Shown here: positions 1 to 12,305 of the stretch, piece by piece
How positions within the stretch are numbered: the stretch's first letter is position 1
Layout of the letters: every line of letters starts with the position of its first letter
DNA from: Sphaerodactylus townsendi
Taxonomy: Eukaryota
Assembly: GCF_021028975.2 (NCBI RefSeq)
Contig: NC_059439.1
Span: forward strand, 22,940,001 to 23,004,000
Reading direction: 5' to 3'
DNA: 64,000 nt
The notes under the pieces: generated by a model
Seen by the model: the letters and a program-made list of their open reading frames with translations, nothing else
Database searches by the model: none
Told to the model about the DNA's origin: nothing
Program-made: the position numbers and the translations under genes

Positions 1-196
1 GAATTCAGATTAGCCTGTACACTCCCACACACGCCAGCTGGGTGACCTTGGGCTAGTCACAGCTTCTCGGAGCTCTCTCGGCCCCACCTACCTCACAGGG
101 TGTTTGTTGTGAGGGGGGAAGGGCAAGGAGATTGTAAGCCCCTTTGAGTCTCCTACAGGAGAGAAAGCGGTGATATAAATTCAAAACTCTTCTTCT
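1..196 (+). mobile_element. Squam3-type tRNA/CORE SINE, 3' part
   Basis: CORE-like GCTGGGTGACCTTGGGCTAGTCAC, L2-like tail GTAAGCCCCTTTGAGTCTCCTACAGGAGAGAAAG..GATATAAAT and a (TCT)n end. Near-identical inverted copy at 2563-2833. Confidence 0.8.
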
Positions 197-479
197 CCAA
201 AAAAACCTCTATAAGCTCTGGGTGGCTTTCAACATTAAAGGTAAAAAAACATACATTAAAAATAATGTAATGCATAGATGGTGACTAAACAGTCTAATAT
301 TAAAATACCAAAAACTAAATCTCAGTTCATAAAATAGGAACCACAAAAAGTGGCACACGGGGAGGCCTTTTCACAGTAAAAAAGCTCTATCTGCCTCAAC
401 CATAAGCCCAGTGGAGCAGCTTGGTTTTACAAGCCCTATGAATTGTATCAAAAAAGAACAACAAGAACAGCAACAACAA

Positions 480-776
480 GAAGAACAAGAAAATTTGGAT
501 TCATACTCTGCTTTTTTCTTCTGTAAAGAGACTCAAGGAGGTTTACAAACTGCCTCCCTTTCTCTCCCCACCACAGACACCTCTGGAGGTTGGTGGGGCT
601 GACAAAGTTTGGAAGGAACCATGACTAGCCCAAGGTCACCCAGCAAGAATGCAGGAGTGGGGAAACAAATCTAGTTCACCAGAAAATAGTCCACTGCTCA
701 TGTTGAGGAATGTGGAATCAAACCTGGTTCTCCAGATTACAGTCCACCTGCTCTTAACCACTTCACCATGCTAGCT
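480..776 (-). mobile_element. Squam3-type SINE (diverged)
   Basis: Reverse complement shows a tRNA-like head (GGTGAAGTGGTTAAGAGCAGGTGGACT..GGTTTGATTCC), CORE and the same 3' tail. Confidence 0.75.
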
Positions 777-2207
777 CTCAGGACCCTGAGGACGTAGTCT
801 CACTGGACAGAACACTCCATGTCTGGGTGAGGTATCAATTCAGATGGAATGTTTCATGACATTAAAGATGAGATGAACAAAGAAATCTGGGTGTGTATAA
901 GAAAGAGAGTAAGGATGATAAAAACCAACCCCTGGTCAACAATTCCTTTTTGTATTTTATCAATGAAGCCCTGACAGTGACTTTCTCTCTCTCCTCCAGT
1001 GGTGTGCTGGCAAACCCTGGAGAAGAAACCATCTGCGTTGTATAACTCTAAAGTAAAATCTGGGATCTGTATTTGGCCTAGAATCCTCTTTTTTTGTGCT
1101 GTTAAGTATTGTCAGACTCTTTATAGAACAAGGAAACCTGTAACTCAACATGATCAATTAATTATAAATACCACTGCCATTGGACCAGTCCAATTCCTTG
1201 ATACAGAATTTGAATTGCATTGAAATAAAACCTATATTAGCATATTAAATATTTTTGTTTCTGCAAATTGTGGGTCCTTGGTTATGAAGGTCTTCTTACC
1301 TTACAGTCTGGAACAATCTGTACATTTTATGATTGCAGTTGTCAAAATGATTGTACAAACCAAATTATTGCTTTGGGTGTCCAAATCAAAAATGTTCTCC
1401 AATATAATTTAGAAAGAAGTCATGATGTCACTGGCAGTCCAGGACATACTATATCAAAATTTCCATCTGGACATTTCTTGAGGCATGGGTGGTAGTCTTG
1501 TGGCACAGCAAACATCTGGCTATATCTATGGATCTTGTGTATGTCATTGCTGATTGCAGTGCAATAGGTTTTAAAAACAGGTAAATCTAACGAATTCCCA
1601 TGAAAATATCAATGAGACTGTAGTTAAAAGTAATAGTTAAAGCATAAGGGAAATTAATGGCTGTAGTGGGATTCAAACAAAGATTGTGGAACAAAAGATA
1701 AAGTAATTATAGACAGTGGGATTAGGGACAAGCATGACCAACAACATAAGAATAGAAAACATGTGTTTCTGTCCTGACAGATACACGTGTTTCCATCCTG
1801 ACAGATACACGTACATTCCTGAAATGGGAGCTTCTTATATTTGCTCTCTATCCATGCTGAAGGGAGAACATTGAATCACAGTAACATGAATACTCTCCTA
1901 CATTCCAAATTATTTATAATGAAGAGGAACCTATTTAACCTATTTAAACAAGTGACATCAAACAGTGGATTTTTAATCCTATTTATTTATACTTTATTTA
2001 GATCTTGTTATCATTCCACCTCCTGCATCCTTGATTTGACCAATTTTTTGGTCCATTCATAACTCAGGGAGAGAAGCATATGTTGGGACAGGCCATAAAA
2101 TCTTAGTTTCCTTTTAAGCATTACCATCCATGAACCATAAAAGAATCAAGCAATAATAAATAGGTTAACTCCCCCCTCCCCAGTCTATGTTGAAATAGTT
2201 ATAGCAG

Positions 2208-2382
2208 NNNNNNNNNNNNNNNNNNNNNNNNNNNNNNNNNNNNNNNNNNNNNNNNNNNNNNNNNNNNNNNNNNNNNNNNNNNNNNNNNNNNNNNNNNNNN
2301 NNNNNNNNNNNNNNNNNNNNNNNNNNNNNNNNNNNNNNNNNNNNNNNNNNNNNNNNNNNNNNNNNNNNNNNNNNNNNNNNNN
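2208..2382. other. assembly gap (175 N)
   Basis: Run of N. Confidence 1.
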
Positions 2383-2562
2383 CATTGTAAGGAATTTAAT
2401 TACCCTTCCCTTCAATGGAATATTTGCATGCCAAATATTTTATTGATTTTCATGATGTTTGTATTGTTTTTATTGTTAATTGATACTGTGTGTGCTGTCC
2501 TGACATAATAGGGGAAAGGGCAGATCATAAAGCTAAATAAATAAGCAAGAAGAATAAATAAT

Positions 2563-2833
2563 AAGAAGAAGAGTTTGGATTTTTATCCCCCCTTTCTCTC
2601 CTGCAGGAGACTCAAAGGGGCTTACAATCTCCTTGCCCTTGCCCCCTCACAACAAACACCCCGTGAGGTGGGTGGGGCTGAGAGAGCTCCAAAGAACTGT
2701 GACTAGCCCAAGGTCACCCAGCTGGCGTGTGTGGGAGTGTACAGGCTAATCTGAATTCCCCACATAAGCCTCCACAGCTCAGGTGGCAGAGCTGGGAATC
2801 AAACCCGGTTCCTCCAGATTAGATACACGAGCT
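2563..2833 (-). mobile_element. Squam3-type SINE (young, 5' end clipped)
   Basis: Near-identical reverse complement of 1-196, plus a B-box region GGTTTGATTCCC. Confidence 0.8.
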
Positions 2834-3361
2834 CTGTAAGGTGGTAGATATAACAAAAATATTATTTTGTTACATCATCTCATAAATGTAACAATATGAA
2901 TTAATTTTTCATTTTTTTTATTCTTGCATTTATGTGAGTTCCTCCCTGGTCAGTTTTGTAAATGGGATAAGGAAATTGCTTTTCACTTTCGCATGCGCTT
3001 ATTATGTAGTTCAGCTGAAATTAGTTTTTTTAGGGAAAGATACTTTTGTGGCAGTAGAAGTCATTCTGATGTTTTCAAATAACCCACTCAGGGGACATGT
3101 AATGATCTAACGGGTGTGACTGTCCTGTGCTAATCTGCTGAATCTTGCTGCTCTTAAAAAACAACTGTACAACACAATCATTAATCTATTTAATCAATTT
3201 ATAAAAATTTTTCCAGGTAGGCAGCTCTGAAGATATTGGGGCGCCTCTTGATTTACTGTCTGTTATTGTTGCTGACACTTCTGAAAATTCAACTATCATG
3301 CTGAGTGACAAGATGACAACTAACCTTAACTTTTGTTCTGCTACAGTAAGACTTTTTGTTG

Positions 3362-3587
3362 TGCCAGCCTGGTACAGTTGTTAGGAGCGGTAGATTCTAA
3401 TCTGGAGAACCAGGTTGATTCTCCACTCCTCCACATGAAGGTCCGTCTGAACTTTCTCAGTCCCACATACCTCGCAAGGTGTCATTGTGAGGAGAGGAAA
3501 GTAGGTGTTTGCAAGCCACTTTGAGACTCCATACAGTTGAGAAAAATGGGATATAAATCCAAACTTTTATTATTATTATTATTATTC
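3362..3587 (+). mobile_element. Squam3-type SINE with internal deletion
   Basis: Head GCCAGCCTGGTACAGTTGTTAGGAGC..TCTAATCTGGAGAACC and tail GGGATATAAATCCAAAC(TTA)n. Confidence 0.65.
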
Positions 3588-3784
3588 TAATGGCCAATTT
3601 TCATCAATCCACATTCTTCTGCATGGATTTTTACATACAATGGACTGAGGGAGATATTTGTCTTTTCATGGGACAAATCATGACTCCACATTGAATGATC
3701 AAAAGATAGATACAATAGATAATCAAGGGACAGAATACAAACACAGTAAACAAATCCGCAATACTATTAGTAAGGAAGACAATT

Positions 3785-4840
3785 TTAAAGGGTCCTGCTC
3801 CCATGACACATTAAAACGATATATTTCAAGCAAGCGTATTCATAATCAACCGTCTTAAAACAGTCAGTTTCAAAGCTCCTTGTCTTTTGGATTTTGAGTC
3901 TGTGAAACTTTCTGAAGCTATTCCTCACTGCTTCCTTTACCTCTTTATTCCTCAAACTGTATATGAGCGGATTCAGCAGAGGGGTGAGAAGAGTGTAGAA
4001 GAGAGAGAACAATTTCTTCATCTCACTCAATGAACTGCTATCCGGTAAGACGTAGACAATCATCAGAGAGCCATAGAAGCAAGACACCACTGTGAGGTGT
4101 GAGGAGCAAGTGGAGAAGGCTTTTTGTTTCCCTGTAGCGCATGGGATTTGTAAAATGCTATTGATGATGCACACATAAGAGGCGAGGGTGATCAGAAGGG
4201 GAGGCAGAGTACCAATAGAGGAGATGATGAAGGATGTCATTTCAACCAAATGAGTATCAGTGCAAGAGAGCATTACCACTGGGGTGAAATCGCAGAAGAA
4301 ATGGTTGATTTTATTGGGCCCACAAAAAGTCAACCGAGACACCAAGAATATTAGGATGCTGATACCCAGAGATCCACCTATCCAGGACACAGCAATCAGC
4401 AGAATGCACGTTCTGCCATTCATGAGCAACACATAATGCAATGGCTTGCAAATGGCTAAATAGCGATCATAAGACATGACTGCTAGGAAGTAACATTCAG
4501 TGGCTGCAAAAAATCCAAACAAATACAATTGGGCCAGGCATGCGCCAACAGATATGGTTCTTTCCTCACTCAGAAAAGCAAACAGCATCCTGGGCAGGAT
4601 AGTTGAACTGTAGCAGGTCTCCAAACAGGAAAGGTTCCCCAAGAAGAAGTACATGGGTGTGTGAAGGTGTGGGTCAAAGGCGACTAAAATAATGATGAGG
4701 ATGTTGCCTGCCATTGTTACAAGATAAACCGCTAAAAAAAGGATAAAAAGTAAAATCTGTGGATCCTCAGTGTTGAAGTCCAGGAGAATAAATGCCTCAG
4801 GGGCTGACTGGTTTCTTCCTTCTGGGTTTGTCAGGTGCAT
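3785..4840 (-). CDS. class II olfactory receptor (OR6/11-like), 351 aa, long C-tail
   Basis: [55 protein letters not shown] and N-glycosylation site NQS. Acceptor TTCTAG lies 1 nt before the ATG. Confidence 0.95.
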   Translation of the reverse strand: MHLTNPEGRNQSAPEAFILLDFNTEDPQILLFILFLAVYLVTMAGNILIIILVAFDPHLHTPMYFFLGNLSCLETCYSSTILPRMLFAFLSEERTISVGACLAQLYLFGFFAATECYFLAVMSYDRYLAICKPLHYVLLMNGRTCILLIAVSWIGGSLGISILIFLVSRLTFCGPNKINHFFCDFTPVVMLSCTDTHLVEMTSFIISSIGTLPPLLITLASYVCIINSILQIPCATGKQKAFSTCSSHLTVVSCFYGSLMIVYVLPDSSSLSEMKKLFSLFYTLLTPLLNPLIYSLRNKEVKEAVRNSFRKFHRLKIQKTRSFETDCFKTVDYEYACLKYIVLMCHGSRTL

Positions 4841-4919
4841 CCTAGAACCAGGAGAAAATCACACCACATTTCGACTACAGCATTGTATGATGTTTTAATC
4901 ACAAGGATACATACATTTT

Positions 4920-5062
4920 GGCTCATTCCGCACATAATAATAATAATGCACTTTCAAACTGCTTTCAGTGCTCTTTGAAGCTGTGCAGAATGGCAAACTC
5001 CACTTGCAAACTGTGGTGAAAGTGGTTTGAAAAGGCATTATTTTGTGTGTGCGGAAGGGGCC
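4920..5062. mobile_element. short PIF/Harbinger-type MITE (143 bp)
   Basis: Imperfect TIRs GGCTCATTCCGCACA / TGTGCGGAAGGGGCC, related to the other GGCC..TTCCGCAC elements in the window. No TSD recognisable. Confidence 0.6.
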
Positions 5063-6639
5063 ATATATTTTCCAACTAGAACCATTCCACTATGCGACAC
5101 TCACCGACAGTCTGGTATAGCAGTGTGACATCAGATGCCTTAAATGAATGCTGTGATTTGGTTTTGGGGTCTGTTTGTTTTTTTTAGAAAATGAGCCTGT
5201 CTAAACAGGAGTCTTACACCTTTTTTTCCCCCAGAATATATGCTGGAGTTCAGAATTCATTGCATTAATACAACAGCCTTAAATCTTTCATAATGTTTAA
5301 GGTGAGAGGATCAAAGAATCCTGGATGTGTGTAAGGAAGTAGGAAAGATAAACATAGAGCTCTGGTCAGCAATTAGATTTCTCACTTAATCATTTAAACC
5401 AGGCAGTGGCTTTCTCTATGTGCATGGGTGGTTTGCTAACAAATCCTGGTGAAACTAAAGCCAGCTCTTTCGTATACTTGTGTTGTAATAATAGCTAATA
5501 ATAACTAGGCTCCAGATTTTACTAAGGAGACTGGAATGGCTTTGCTATTCCATATTTTCTATTTCTACAAATTGTACTGACATTGAAATCAAATCAAATC
5601 TGTATCAGCATTACAAGAACTCAATATTTTGATGTTTTTGAATTATGGCTCAACTGTCTCTTTACTTATAAAGATTTTTAGGAGTCCTTACCTTAGAGCT
5701 AGAACACCCTGTAAGTTGGAAGACTGCAATTCTGATAATAATTGAACCAACAAAATGTTTTTTTTCAAATCCTCCACACACAACAGATCAGCAACATGCA
5801 TTACAAAGAAACCATTACATTGTTGTCAGTCCTGCACATAAGGCTTTACAATAACCACTTGGAGGATTCCTGAAGCCCTGATAAGTGAACATTTTGCTGG
5901 GTCTAATGATGAGTCTTCCATTGCTGAATGCAGAGGTTATATAAACAAGGACTCATAATCACTATTAAAATCTCAGTTGGAAGTCAGTATGGAGAAAACA
6001 ACATCAAAATCATGAGGGAATAGTGGCTTTAGATCAGTCGTCTAGAAGAAATTATTGACTAAAACAGAATATAAGAATAGTCACAAGATGAGAAGGGAAA
6101 ATGTGCCTCAGATGAGAATACACAATCAGTTGGATCTGGTCAGAACTTTTTGCAGAAACTAGCCCAGTTCCTCTCCACACTGTAGCCCCTATCAGGAGAC
6201 TTTTGAACACACAGGTCCAGTGAACATTAGCTTAGACTTTTTGATGGTCAGAGGCACCCCTCCTCCAACTTTCTCCAGCAGAAAATCTGACTGGCTATTA
6301 TCCATTGCCAAATAATTGTGGAGGGAGGGGTGTCCACAAACCAAAATCTTGAAAGTTCTCAAAAGGCTAGATTTACATGGCAGCTAATCCAGAAACCAGA
6401 ATAATTGCATGCATCAGAAGCAGATGGTTAGATGTTATTGTTATTTCTGGATGCCTTTATTTCCATGAAGGGGAGGTGATCATGCATTGCAATTTGGACT
6501 ACATCAGTGATTGTCGAAGGCTTTCTTTTGTTCTGCTACAGTAAGGACAGGACAACTATAGACAATATAGTTCTGCTATCGACAATATTGTTCTGCTACA
6601 GTAAGGGCAGGACCACGATAGACAATATCAATCAAAGGA

Positions 6640-6905
6640 AACAAAGACCAGGATACTTCTATTCAGATCCATTCACCTATTGACCTTGCTATCTTCATTG
6701 TTACTCCCAGGCTACAGACTTCTTTGTGACTCACATACCAGGCTATTCTATTCAGAGGGCCTCACCTTTTGACCTCACAGTATATATACTTCACTTGCTT
6801 TCCATTCCTACTATCAGATCCTCTGAACATGCCAGCCACAGATGCGGGCAAAACGTCAGGAAGAATGTTGGTAGAACACGGCCATACAGCCCGGAAACCA
6901 CACAG
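6640..6905 (+). mobile_element. Penelope-like element 3' end with degenerate hammerhead motif
   Basis: CCTCTGAACATGCCAGCCACAGATGCGGGCAAAACGTCAGG...GGCCATACAGCCCGGAAA, homologous to the ends of the GIY-YIG-coding copies at 47 and 57 kb. The 5' boundary is approximate. Confidence 0.7.
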
Positions 6906-8380
6906 TACATTAGTGACTAATTTTGTAAAAATTGTGTAAGTGTTTCTTAATTTTCTCTTTTAATAGCTGTCCCCCCCCCCACACACACACACATACTTTT
7001 CCTGTGTTGTGTTATTGAGAAAACATTTTCAAATCCTGATGTAACCCATTTTGGCTGTTTATTGCTAACTTTTTTTTTCATACACAACCATTTTGTGTTT
7101 TTGCAACATTGGGTTGAGCAACTTTTTAACCCTGAAAATGTTTTTTTTCCTTGTCAACCTCCCCAAATGATGACAAGACAACCAAACATGAGTTCAACTT
7201 GCTTTATTATTTATTTAAATAATCAATTCATTATCTGTGCAACCCAAAAGTGGGCAGGATGAAGCTGCATTGGAAGCGGTGGAAGGGTTGTGCTGGTGCT
7301 CATGCCACCAGAACTCTGCAAAGTGGTATGGGTGCTGGCACAGAGGGACTTAGCTTGATAGCAGGATACCCCAGAGCTCTGTGGCTCCACAACCTGGAAG
7401 TTTTCATCCTGCCATTTCTGTGCCACAGGAGGTGATACTGGTATGAATGAGGCAATCCAGGGGTGTTCTAGAGGCATTCCTGGAGCATTCCCAAAGGAGT
7501 TTCAGATTGGGAACACCCTCCTACAGCAGCAATAGATGTTGGCCACCAAAAAGGGGGGCACAAGTCAAATCCCTTTATGGTTATCCCAGGAAAGAAAGGA
7601 GTTTCACTGTCTCAGTGAGAGTTTCACTGTCCCAGTACCAGCACTGCTGATTGCCTTTTAGAAGGCAGTCCTTCAGTTGCATCCCCAACCACCGCTCTAC
7701 AGTCACCCCCTTTGGATTTTGCTGCCTATGATGGATCTACATCACTGGTTATTTCAGTAAGCTGACACTTCAGAGGGTTTCCTGTGCTAGGCCTCTGCCA
7801 CAAATGCTTTTTGGTCAAGTCCACCCTGGCTCAATCTAATCAGCTGAGATGGGCAAGGATCCAGGAGGCAAGTGGTAGGTTGCATCTCTGCAAGCTACCT
7901 GTTCAGACAGGTCCTCAGACCACAGGAACTGAAACTGATCCATCACAATCTGTCCAGATGGTTCTCTGAATGCCTCCATGGAAAATCCAATCCTGTGTGG
8001 ATCTGGGCACCTTTATCCAGAAAGTGCCTAGCATAGAATCACAGCAGACTTCCAGGATGTTCTAGCTCCAACCCTCTGATTGGAAAATAGCAAGCCGTTC
8101 ACCACCAGGAGCAGTTCTGTTGCACAGCTGCTAGAGGATGCAATGATCATGGAAAAGTAAGCTTGCTTTGCTGTTCTCACTGCACTTGATAGGCCTGAGT
8201 ACGGGATCTAACTAGTCTCCGGTCAGATTCCCAACACAATTTTAGCCACCTGTGGTCTTGTCATCATCTCCCCGGTTTAATTGACAACCGATCTCTGTTA
8301 AAATTTGATGACACCAGAATAGATTTTTTATAAGCAGAGATAAAGGAACAATTAAATGCATCATTCTATCAATCACACAT

Positions 8381-9346
8381 CTATGTAGGCCAGAAAAACC
8401 CCATAACTGATATAATGCTTTTTCTAAGACTGTTCCTGACTTCTTTGTTTCTTAGGCTGTATATGAAAGGATTGGCCATCGGAGTTAGAACTGTGTACAA
8501 AAAAGAGAAGACCTTGTTGAGATCCTTGAACTTCTCAGTTGTTGGAAAGACATAGACCACCATTAAGGATCCATAAAAAATGGAAACCACAGTGAGATGG
8601 GAAGAGCAGGTGGAAAATGCCTTTTGCCTTCCAGTGCTGGAGGGGATTTTCAAAATTGCTGTGATAATAAAAGCATAGGATGTCACAGTTATGAGAAATG
8701 TAGGCAGAATCCCTATAGAAGATGTTACTAAACCTGCGATTTCAACAACCTGAGTGTCGCTGCAGGAAAGCTGAACAATGGGGGTGAAATCACAGAAGAA
8801 ACAGTTGATTATATATTGGTTGCAAAATTTAAGTTGTGACAACAAACATGTTAAGATAGTTATAAGCAGCAGCCCAACCATCCATGATAAAGCAACAAGC
8901 AGGACACACACTTTCTCATTCATAAGTGTAGCATAATGCAAAGGTTTACATATGGCAACATAGCGATCATATGACATGGCTGCCAAGAGGTAACATTCTG
9001 CAGCTCCCAGAGTAGAAAAGAAATGCATCTGCAGGATGCAGCCCAAAACAGAAATGGTTTTGTCCCCTGTGACAAAACTGGCCAGCATTCTTGGTAATAT
9101 TGTTGAAGTGTAGCACGATTCCAAAAAGGATAGATTTGCCAGAAAGAAATACATTGGTGTATGAAGGTGCTGTTCAGCCATCACCAGGACAACAATGAGA
9201 ACATTGCCTGACAGAGTCACCAGGTAGATAGCTAGAAATAATAAGAAAAGAAGAACATTCAAGTCTTCAACATTCCCAAAGCCCTGGAGGATGAAGCTGG
9301 TGACGGCTGTTCTGTTTTGCCCCTCTGAGTTTTCCTCTCCCTGCAT
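8381..9346 (-). CDS. class II olfactory receptor (OR6/11-like), 321 aa
   Basis: All OR motifs present (PMYFFLANLS, MSYDRYVAICKPLHY, KAFSTCSSHL, PMANPFIYSLRN). TTTACAG acceptor abuts the ATG. Close paralog of 13079-14044. Confidence 0.95.
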   Translation of the reverse strand: MQGEENSEGQNRTAVTSFILQGFGNVEDLNVLLFLLFLAIYLVTLSGNVLIVVLVMAEQHLHTPMYFFLANLSFLESCYTSTILPRMLASFVTGDKTISVLGCILQMHFFSTLGAAECYLLAAMSYDRYVAICKPLHYATLMNEKVCVLLVALSWMVGLLLITILTCLLSQLKFCNQYIINCFFCDFTPIVQLSCSDTQVVEIAGLVTSSIGILPTFLITVTSYAFIITAILKIPSSTGRQKAFSTCSSHLTVVSIFYGSLMVVYVFPTTEKFKDLNKVFSFLYTVLTPMANPFIYSLRNKEVRNSLRKSIISVMGFFWPT

Positions 9347-9997
9347 CTGTAAATGACAAATAACATACTAAGTACTGGAAAATTTTAGGAATTAACCCCC
9401 TCTCTTTCCATTCTTTTTCATACAAATGCCTATCGCAATAAAGACCTTTTGAGGGACATGCAAAGATTCTCACATAACTGCATGCAAACAGATTGCTCAA
9501 ATACTGCCTAAATATCCTTTGTAAATTAAAGCAAAGATGGAGAAGAATGCTGAAAGTGAAATGGGAACTATGAAAGACTGTTCATGTTGTCCAGAAAAAC
9601 TGGAGCATGTATGTGAAAAACAAGGATAATAAAAAAAATTCCTCCCTGGAAATAAATTGGAGACAGCAAATCATTTTGAGAATGAAAAGCAATCAAGTCA
9701 TAGTAGTTAAGGGGGAGAGAAAAGAACAAGAACAAACATGAAGCATCGACTAATATTCACAAACTTTCAGAAGACCAAATGTCATCTCTCCGGTTTACCT
9801 GTTTATGAGGTCCTTCTAGTAGTATGAAATTATGTTAACTGCTGGGTGCTTCCATTAGTATTTATGTGTGTTTACAGAGAGACAAAAACACAGCTCAATT
9901 TCATCAGCCTTTTAATCTCAATAGGAAAAGCATGCCCAGAAATAGAGCACAATAGCAATCGTTCACCCAAGTGCATTTGTCTGTAAGAAAAAATCTA

Positions 9998-10007
9998 TCC
10001 CAAGGGA
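9998..10007. promoter_or_regulatory. O/E (EBF) site upstream of OR 8381-9346
   Basis: Perfect TCCCAAGGGA (TCCCNNGGGA), identical in the paralogous promoter at 15763. It lies about 200 bp upstream of a conserved minus-strand donor CAG|GTAAAC at about 9797. Confidence 0.6.
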
Positions 10008-10279
10008 TCATGGGTAATATAGAACAGAGGTAAACCTCAGACATTCAGAATTAATAGACACTATATTTCTCTCTGTCTTTCCACTTCTTAAAACTGTATC
10101 CTTGAACTAGGGGAAATAATTCTCTTTAAAAAACTTATATTTATGACATGGAGACGCAAATCTCACACTAGAAGTCCTAAATCTTTTTTAGACCATTCCA
10201 TTTCAGTGTGCAGATAGAGATAGTCATGACTGACTCCATTTCCTTATATCTATATCTGTTTTTTATCAATTTCTACATT

Positions 10280-11440
10280 GAAACAGATGGTGTGCTGGCT
10301 GAACTTTATAATTTTTTCTCTAACTTGTGGTCCCCTCTGTTAGCCACTTTTTTCAGATGGTGAACAACTCAGGTCTAGTTCCTTCAATATGGACTAATGC
10401 CATTATTATTCCTTTATTCAAAAAGGGGGACTGTAATTTACCTTCCAACTATAGACCAATTAGTCTTTTGTCTGTTTCAGGCAAATTGTATGCCAAATCT
10501 TTACTTAATCAGCTTCTCACCTGGATCTCAATAAAAAAGCCCATTGGTAGAGAACAGATCAACTTCATGAAGGGAAAGACCACTTGGATCATTGTTTGGT
10601 CTTGAAAACACTTATTTCCAAATACCTGCTTAAAGGAAAAACTAGCCTTTTTATAGATCTTTTATAGATCTTAAGGAGGCCTTTGACTCTGTAGATAGAG
10701 ATCTGCTATGGCAGAAATTAAAGAAGCTTGACATGGAACCCAGGCTTCTCTCTCTAATCATGTTTCTCTACAGAAACCCTTCTTGTCAAGTGAGCAGCAA
10801 TCCATTAGGCCCAATACCAGTTTCAAGTGGTGTCAAACAGGGCTGTGTGTTGGCACCTGTGCTGTTCAATCTTTTTTTTGCATGAGTTTGCTTCCACCTT
10901 GAACAGTATTAACTCACACTGCCCTTACCTGAATGGTGTCCCTGTTCCAACCCTTCTCTGTGCTGATGATGCAGTCCTGCTGTCTCGCCCTAGGTTGGTC
11001 TCAAAAACCTGCTACTCCATTGCAACGATTATTGTTCAGTTAACAGGTTATGCATTAACCCCACTAAGTCTAAGGTTATGGAATTTTCTAAAATCTTTCG
11101 ACCTGTGAGGTGGTCCATCCAATGAGCCGACATGGAACAAGTAAAACTTTTGAAATATCTAGGGGTAGTTTTTCATCATAAGCTAACTTGGTCCACCCAT
11201 AGAGATATTGAAGTTCATCCCGGCAGTGCTGAAAGTATTTAATGCAAAGGGAGTGCAGCACCTTCTGTACATTGTCCCACTTTGGATCCATGCCTGGAAG
11301 CCAATTATAGAACGGATTCAATCTAACTTCCTATACTAGATCTTCGGTGTCCCCCATGGCATCCCATATACTGTTTTATGTTTAGAATCAGGGCAACACA
11401 TACAGGAATCAAGGGCATGGGTTGCAAGTGAGTATGGCAC
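10280..11440 (+). mobile_element. degraded non-LTR retrotransposon RT fragment
   Basis: IIPLFKKGD..SNYRPISLLS..GKLYA, DLKEAFDSVDR, GVKQGCVLAP and LLCADDAVLLS found across frameshifts. Absent from the paralogous upstream region near 16 kb. Boundaries approximate. Confidence 0.85.
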
Positions 11441-11813
11441 ATGTTCATCCTTGCAAGCTTCTTTAGCATTAAAGGGAGTTGTGCCATTTCTTATCTTCCT
11501 AGCTGTGAAATCTATGGGTCAAGGATAATGGCTTCCCTCATGGGGTTCCTGTCCCAGGTCTATGAAGGCTCCAAGGCCCCAGGATTCCAGTCTGAGTATT
11601 ATCCCTTTATCCTCCAAAAAGATGCTGTAAGGTGCTTACCTAAGCTTTACCATGTATCACTGAAGCAACATTTTCCCACATGGTCACTGATTGTCTTCTG
11701 TGGAAACTACAACTTTCTTCATAGTGGCCCCAACATTATGAAATAGTTTACCAAAGGAGATGCATGGTGCATATTTCCTGACAAGGTTTAGAAAGTTCTG
11801 CAGAGCCACAATG

Positions 11814-12101
11814 TTCCAGCATGGGGTAGTGGTTAAGAGCAGGTGCACTCTAATCTGGAGAACCTCGCTCTGCCACTTGAGTTGTGGAGGCTTATCTGGC
11901 GAACTAGATTAGCTTGTACATTCCAACACATGCCAGTTTGGGCTAATCACAGTTCTTTGGAGCTCTCTCAGCCCCACCTATCTCACAGGGTATTTGTTGT
12001 GAGGGGGGAAGGGAAAGAAGTTTGTGAGCCCCTTTGAGTCTCCTTACAGGAGAGAAAGGGGGATATAAATCCTCCTCTTCCTCCTCCTCCTCCTCCTTCT
12101 T
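11814..12101 (+). mobile_element. Squam3-type SINE
   Basis: Head ATGGGGTAGTGGTTAAGAGCAGGTGCACTCTAATCTGGAGAACC and tail GAGAAAGGGGGATATAAAT(CCT)n. Confidence 0.8.
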
Positions 12102-12305
12102 TTCAACATTGATCTCCTTATGGAATTTAAAAGAGATGGATTTTGAGGTTTGTGAAGGAAGATCTGGCAGTTTTTAATAGTTCTGAACTGAAAAAAAAGA
12201 CTGCATGTGGTTGAAGAGAGTGTAGGCAAATTGTTTCATAGTGGTTATTGGAGGAAAGGGTACTTTAAAACACTATGTACATTTTATTGATTGGCATTGT
12301 GCTTG

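Noticed and set aside
7230-8030. Moderately GC-rich segment with inverted-repeat traces, and 16208-16557 ending in hAT-like GCTACGCCTCTG
   Set aside because: Probably old DNA-transposon remnants, but paired termini and TSDs could not be defined.
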